Positions 47,133 to 50,556 of a stretch of DNA of 50,556 nucleotides are shown piece by piece. Below the pieces are notes generated by a model, which ran no database searches, was not told the DNA's origin, and saw only the letters and a program-made list of their open reading frames with translations. Source of the stretch: Chitinophagaceae bacterium (GTDB taxonomy: Bacteria > Bacteroidota > Bacteroidia > Chitinophagales > Chitinophagaceae). Every line of letters starts with the position of its first letter. The first letter of the stretch is position 1. The position numbers and the translations under genes were made by a program. The stretch covers positions 1 to 50,556 of the forward strand of contig JAYWCV010000075.1 of the NCBI GenBank assembly GCA_043780275.1, read 5' to 3'.

Positions 47133-48395
47133 TCATGAATCAGCTTTCAGTAAAGCATTACCAACGGCACATTGCAAACATTTCTTTTTATTGCAATATT
47201 CGTTTTTCATTTCAAGAAATGCCTGCGAATCAAATGCATTCCTGTTCTGCAAACCTAGGCTGACAAAGCCTTTAGTGATCACATTTTTTTCGGCATCTAC
47301 TTGTTCAAGCCATTGGATGGCTTTGTCTTTATATTGATCAATGTCATGCAACTCGCCATAAGCAAACAAGACCGGTATAATGGTATTAATAAAAATATTT
47401 TCAATAAAAGATTTACCAATACTTTTCTTTTTGAAAATGGAAGACTCATCAAACCGGTAATGGTCATTCCAGTAATCATTGGCTGTAACCTTGAACCAAT
47501 CGCTGACTGTTTTTAAATCTTCGGCCTCCTTTATTTTTGAAAACAAATGAACTGAATGTTGAATAAGCATGGCTAATTGTGCCAATCGAATGGTGGGGAA
47601 ATTTCCAGGTCGGGTGCGATGGAAATTTATCGGATCAATGATTTCCGTGAGTTTATATTTCTTTTTCAAAAAAAGATATTCTTGCTGAAGAGTTTTAGGA
47701 TAAACATCTTTGAATTCATTTTTAAGAAGCCCGGCAAGCCCCAATAGCAAGGCTTCTAATTGAATAATATTCGATTTATGTTTTGCCAGCAAATTGACAG
47801 AAACAGACCGGGCTATCTGTTCGAAAGCATCTGTATTTAATTTATTGCCAAAATTGCGGGCAAGCATCCACCAGAATATTTCCTCCCAATGATGATTGGT
47901 TTCTTGCAAAAAAGATCTGGCAAGGTCCGTTTTTCTAATAAGTCTTTCTGCCAACAGCCTTTCTTTCCAATTTTGAAGAGTAATCTCTTTTACAGTCAAT
48001 ATGCTTTTTTCACATGGAATAAAAGAAGCCGAGTTCATCAGTTCTTCATATTTTTTTAATAAAATAGTAGACACCTTGTTTTTTAATTCAAAAACTGGAA
48101 TGGATAAAGGCCCCTGTTTATCATCTTCCCATACCACATGCAGGATTACGTTTTCGTATCGGCTATCCTGCTGGTGATGATGTTTTTTCCAATCGGATGA
48201 TTTGATATGTACTTCTACTGATCCGGCCCAAACGGTGTTTCCGATTAACAAACGGGCATCTGAAAAATCAGGACCTTGGTTTCTGTTATGATGACCACTA
48301 TGAATAATTTGAAGCAGTTCGTGACTATTCGTTTCCAGTTCCGTTTTAGAAAAATATTGAAACTGCCAGATAAATTGAAGTAAGTTTTCGTTCAT
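47133..48395 (-). CDS. DUF2851 family protein
   Basis: 420-aa ORF. The N-terminus MNENLLQFIWQFQYF and the C-terminal CxxC (KKKCLQCAVG) match my recollection of DUF2851. Confidence 0.7.
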   Translation of the reverse strand: MNENLLQFIWQFQYFSKTELETNSHELLQIIHSGHHNRNQGPDFSDARLLIGNTVWAGSVEVHIKSSDWKKHHHQQDSRYENVILHVVWEDDKQGPLSIPVFELKNKVSTILLKKYEELMNSASFIPCEKSILTVKEITLQNWKERLLAERLIRKTDLARSFLQETNHHWEEIFWWMLARNFGNKLNTDAFEQIARSVSVNLLAKHKSNIIQLEALLLGLAGLLKNEFKDVYPKTLQQEYLFLKKKYKLTEIIDPINFHRTRPGNFPTIRLAQLAMLIQHSVHLFSKIKEAEDLKTVSDWFKVTANDYWNDHYRFDESSIFKKKSIGKSFIENIFINTIIPVLFAYGELHDIDQYKDKAIQWLEQVDAEKNVITKGFVSLGLQNRNAFDSQAFLEMKNEYCNKKKCLQCAVGNALLKADS

Positions 48396-48479
48396 AACTT
48401 AATGAATGATTACTTAAGATAATGCAGATTGTTTGTAATCAAAAACAATGGAAATAAATTTTAGTCATGGAGTGTTATT

Positions 48480-49046
48480 TCATCCAAATTTTTCCAATTC
48501 CCTAACTACCCTGCTTACCGGCAAGCCCATCACATTATAGAAATCACCGGAAACTGATTTGATACCTACAACGCCTATCCATTCCTGGATGGCATAAGCA
48601 CCGGCCTTGTCGTAAGGTTTGTATTTGTCTACGTAGAATTCAATTTGTTCAGAAGTCAGCTCATGAAATTCAACTTCGGTTATATCTGCGAAGCAGGTTT
48701 TCTTATCTTTTTGTATGATGCAAACAGCCGTAATCACCTGGTGTATCTGACCGGAGAGAGAAGATAAAATTTGAATTGCATCAGTACGGTCCATCGGTTT
48801 GTTGATAATAGTATTACGTAATACAACCATGGTATCAGCCGCCAGAATGATGGCGTTTTCGTCAACCAAGGGTTTTACAGCCAATGCTTTATTTGTTGCA
48901 ATATGAAAAGCAATTTCTTCCAGGCTTAAATTTTCCGGATGCGATTCATCTGTTTCTACAACTACCACTTCGAATGGAATTTCGGCCCACTCCAATAATT
49001 GTTTGCGACGGGGAGATTGTGACGCAAGTATAATTGTTCGATTCAT
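48480..49046 (-). CDS. maf: Maf-family nucleoside triphosphate pyrophosphatase
   Basis: 188-aa ORF with the motifs IILASQSPRRKQLL, ADTMV and KAGAYAIQ. Confidence 0.9.
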   Translation of the reverse strand: MNRTIILASQSPRRKQLLEWAEIPFEVVVVETDESHPENLSLEEIAFHIATNKALAVKPLVDENAIILAADTMVVLRNTIINKPMDRTDAIQILSSLSGQIHQVITAVCIIQKDKKTCFADITEVEFHELTSEQIEFYVDKYKPYDKAGAYAIQEWIGVVGIKSVSGDFYNVMGLPVSRVVRELEKFG

Positions 49047-49048
49047 TT

Positions 49049-49993
49049 TTATAAATAGAATTTAAAAAAAATCATGGAGAGTATACCCGCAAACATGATC
49101 AGTTTTGTGAATGTACTTAATACATGATAATCTTTTGCAACCCTGGCTTTTTGAAGTTTGACCAGCGTATATGATAAAGGCATTATGATAAGAAGTAAAG
49201 TATACAGGTCGAGCCACCACCAATTATATTGCAATACATAGGCAAGCAAAATAAACAGTATGGCAATCAAAACAGATAGCCATAATACTACATAAATTCT
49301 GGATGCATTCATCCCCCATTTGATGGGCAATGTTGTACAGCCAAATTTTCGATCTCCTTCAATATCTTCCATATCCTTGACAGCTTCACGTATTAATGAA
49401 ATAATAAAAGCAAATGCTGAATAGAGTATGGTTAAACGGAAAAGTTTATCATTTTCAAAATCTCCAAATGACGTTTTGTGAAAATAAACAAGATAAAAAT
49501 TCGACAGGCCAATCAATGCAACGGTCCATCCGGTGAGTAAAGAAATAATAATATTACCTACTAATAATTTCTTTTTAAATGTAGTAGAATAGGTAAATAA
49601 AAAAAAGCTACATAAAAAATTCGCCGGTCCGATCCACCAGATATTTATTTTCCAGCCAACAAAAAAACCTATTGCTACACCTATGAAAGAAAGCAGCGAA
49701 TGCCAAAACATGGCCCATCGGCGATTGATGATTGCATCAATTACATTTTTATGTGGCTTGTTAACCAGGTCAATATTGATATCGAAATAATCATTGATGA
49801 TATATCCGGCGGCGGCAATCAAAACGGAAGAAAAAATTAACAGCGACAATAAGGAACAGGAAAAAATCGGTTCTATTCCCTGATTTTTAAATAAAGGTAA
49901 AACTATAGCAAAGTGAAAAAGATATTGCGTGAGTGCAATAAAAATAAGATTCGGCAGCCTGATTAACTGGATGAAGGCGGCAATCAATCTCAT
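49049..49993 (-). CDS. UbiA-family prenyltransferase
   Basis: 314-aa ORF with about 8 TM segments, an Asp-rich motif NDYFDINID and a second motif KDMEDIEGD. It lies 2 nt upstream of maf. Confidence 0.85.
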   Translation of the reverse strand: MRLIAAFIQLIRLPNLIFIALTQYLFHFAIVLPLFKNQGIEPIFSCSLLSLLIFSSVLIAAAGYIINDYFDINIDLVNKPHKNVIDAIINRRWAMFWHSLLSFIGVAIGFFVGWKINIWWIGPANFLCSFFLFTYSTTFKKKLLVGNIIISLLTGWTVALIGLSNFYLVYFHKTSFGDFENDKLFRLTILYSAFAFIISLIREAVKDMEDIEGDRKFGCTTLPIKWGMNASRIYVVLWLSVLIAILFILLAYVLQYNWWWLDLYTLLLIIMPLSYTLVKLQKARVAKDYHVLSTFTKLIMFAGILSMIFFKFYL

Positions 49994-50030
49994 GCTTTTT
50001 TTTGTAAGATAAAACTATTGTGGGATGAAA

Positions 50031-50546
50031 TTAAGCAGAAGCAATTTCTTTATCAAAACTCCAATGATCGTTGCAGCGTAATACTTTTTCAATAACATCC
50101 CTTACACATGCATCGCCTCCATTCCTGGCAGATATGTAATGTGATATTGTTCTTACTTCCGGTACAGCGTCTGCGGGACAACAGGAAAGACCGGCCTCTT
50201 TTAAAATTTCAAGATCAGGAATATCATCTCCCATGACCAACACATTTTCCCAATTTAGATTTTGTTTTATCAAATAATCGGAAACCAGTTTTTTCTTATC
50301 CAAAATGCCCATATGCACTTCAGTTACACCCAGTTTTTGTAAGCGTTGAACAACTGCATCCGAATTGGAACCGGATGCAACCAGGATGGCATATCCTTTT
50401 TTGATGGCCAGCTGTAGCGCAAATCCATCTTTAATACTCATTCTCCTTGCATGCTGTCCGTCATTCAATACCAGGATTGTTCCGTCCGTTAATACGCCAT
50501 CCATATCGAAAACAAAACAGGTAATTTTTTTAAAACGTTCAAGCAT
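50031..50546 (-). CDS. kdsC: KDO 8-phosphate phosphatase (HAD-IIIA)
   Basis: 171-aa ORF with the motifs FVFDMDGVLTDG and MGDDIPDL. Its size is typical of KdsC. Confidence 0.85.
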   Translation of the reverse strand: MLERFKKITCFVFDMDGVLTDGTILVLNDGQHARRMSIKDGFALQLAIKKGYAILVASGSNSDAVVQRLQKLGVTEVHMGILDKKKLVSDYLIKQNLNWENVLVMGDDIPDLEILKEAGLSCCPADAVPEVRTISHYISARNGGDACVRDVIEKVLRCNDHWSFDKEIASA

Positions 50547-50556
50547 GGTTTGGATT

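Noticed and set aside
4002-47133. Convergent genes that overlap or abut with no room for terminators (4002..4005, 9753/9758, 23836..23846 and 47132/47133)
   Set aside because: This is common genome compaction in dense bacterial chromosomes. I found nothing to suggest functional antisense coupling beyond the individual cases already listed.
1-50556. A scan for CRISPR arrays, IS elements, integrases, tRNA/rRNA genes, and long direct or inverted repeats marking islands
   Set aside because: I detected no regularly spaced repeats, no transposase- or integrase-like ORFs and no RNA gene signatures. The only accessory-looking segment is the ~0.8 kb TA region after argS.

Overview
This is an AT-rich chromosomal segment (about mid-30s % GC by eye) that looks like Bacteroidota. 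The evidence is the gene families present (DUF1599, a BT_3928-like DoxX/thioredoxin fusion, DUF2851, DUF4382, a periplasmic GH13 with a cyclomaltodextrinase-type N-terminus, a long DPE2-type MalQ) and exact TAnnTTTG -7 boxes just upstream of many starts. I call about 47 protein genes, densely packed and mostly on the minus strand. Almost all are housekeeping: gyrA (partial, open to position 1, absent from the ORF track), saccharopine dehydrogenase, a sirtuin plus an EVE protein, ribH, pdhA, recF plus DUF721, folP, nrnA, ndk, a UbiD-family decarboxylase, dnaK, argS, lipA, maf, a UbiA prenyltransferase and kdsC. An alpha-glucan block is also present (malQ; glgB, GH13, MFS, glgC, glgA; a divergent sugar MFS plus ROK glucokinase). 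I found no rRNA, tRNA, CRISPR array, transposase or integrase. I do not see a convincing novel multi-gene system. The leads worth a second look are: (1) a small RelE/StbE-type toxin-antitoxin cassette whose toxin has lost its start codon and is frameshifted, sitting next to a GC-rich, highly structured ~200 nt island after argS; (2) an orphan convergent pair (a 4-TM protein and a secreted all-helical 390-aa protein) between malQ and dnaK; (3) a cysteine-free sirtuin tightly coupled to an EVE-domain gene; (4) an unlisted 51-aa membrane ORF with its own -7 box and terminator; (5) clustered TGCCA/TGGCA half-sites upstream of dnaK. All family assignments rest on motif recognition from the translations, not on database searches.
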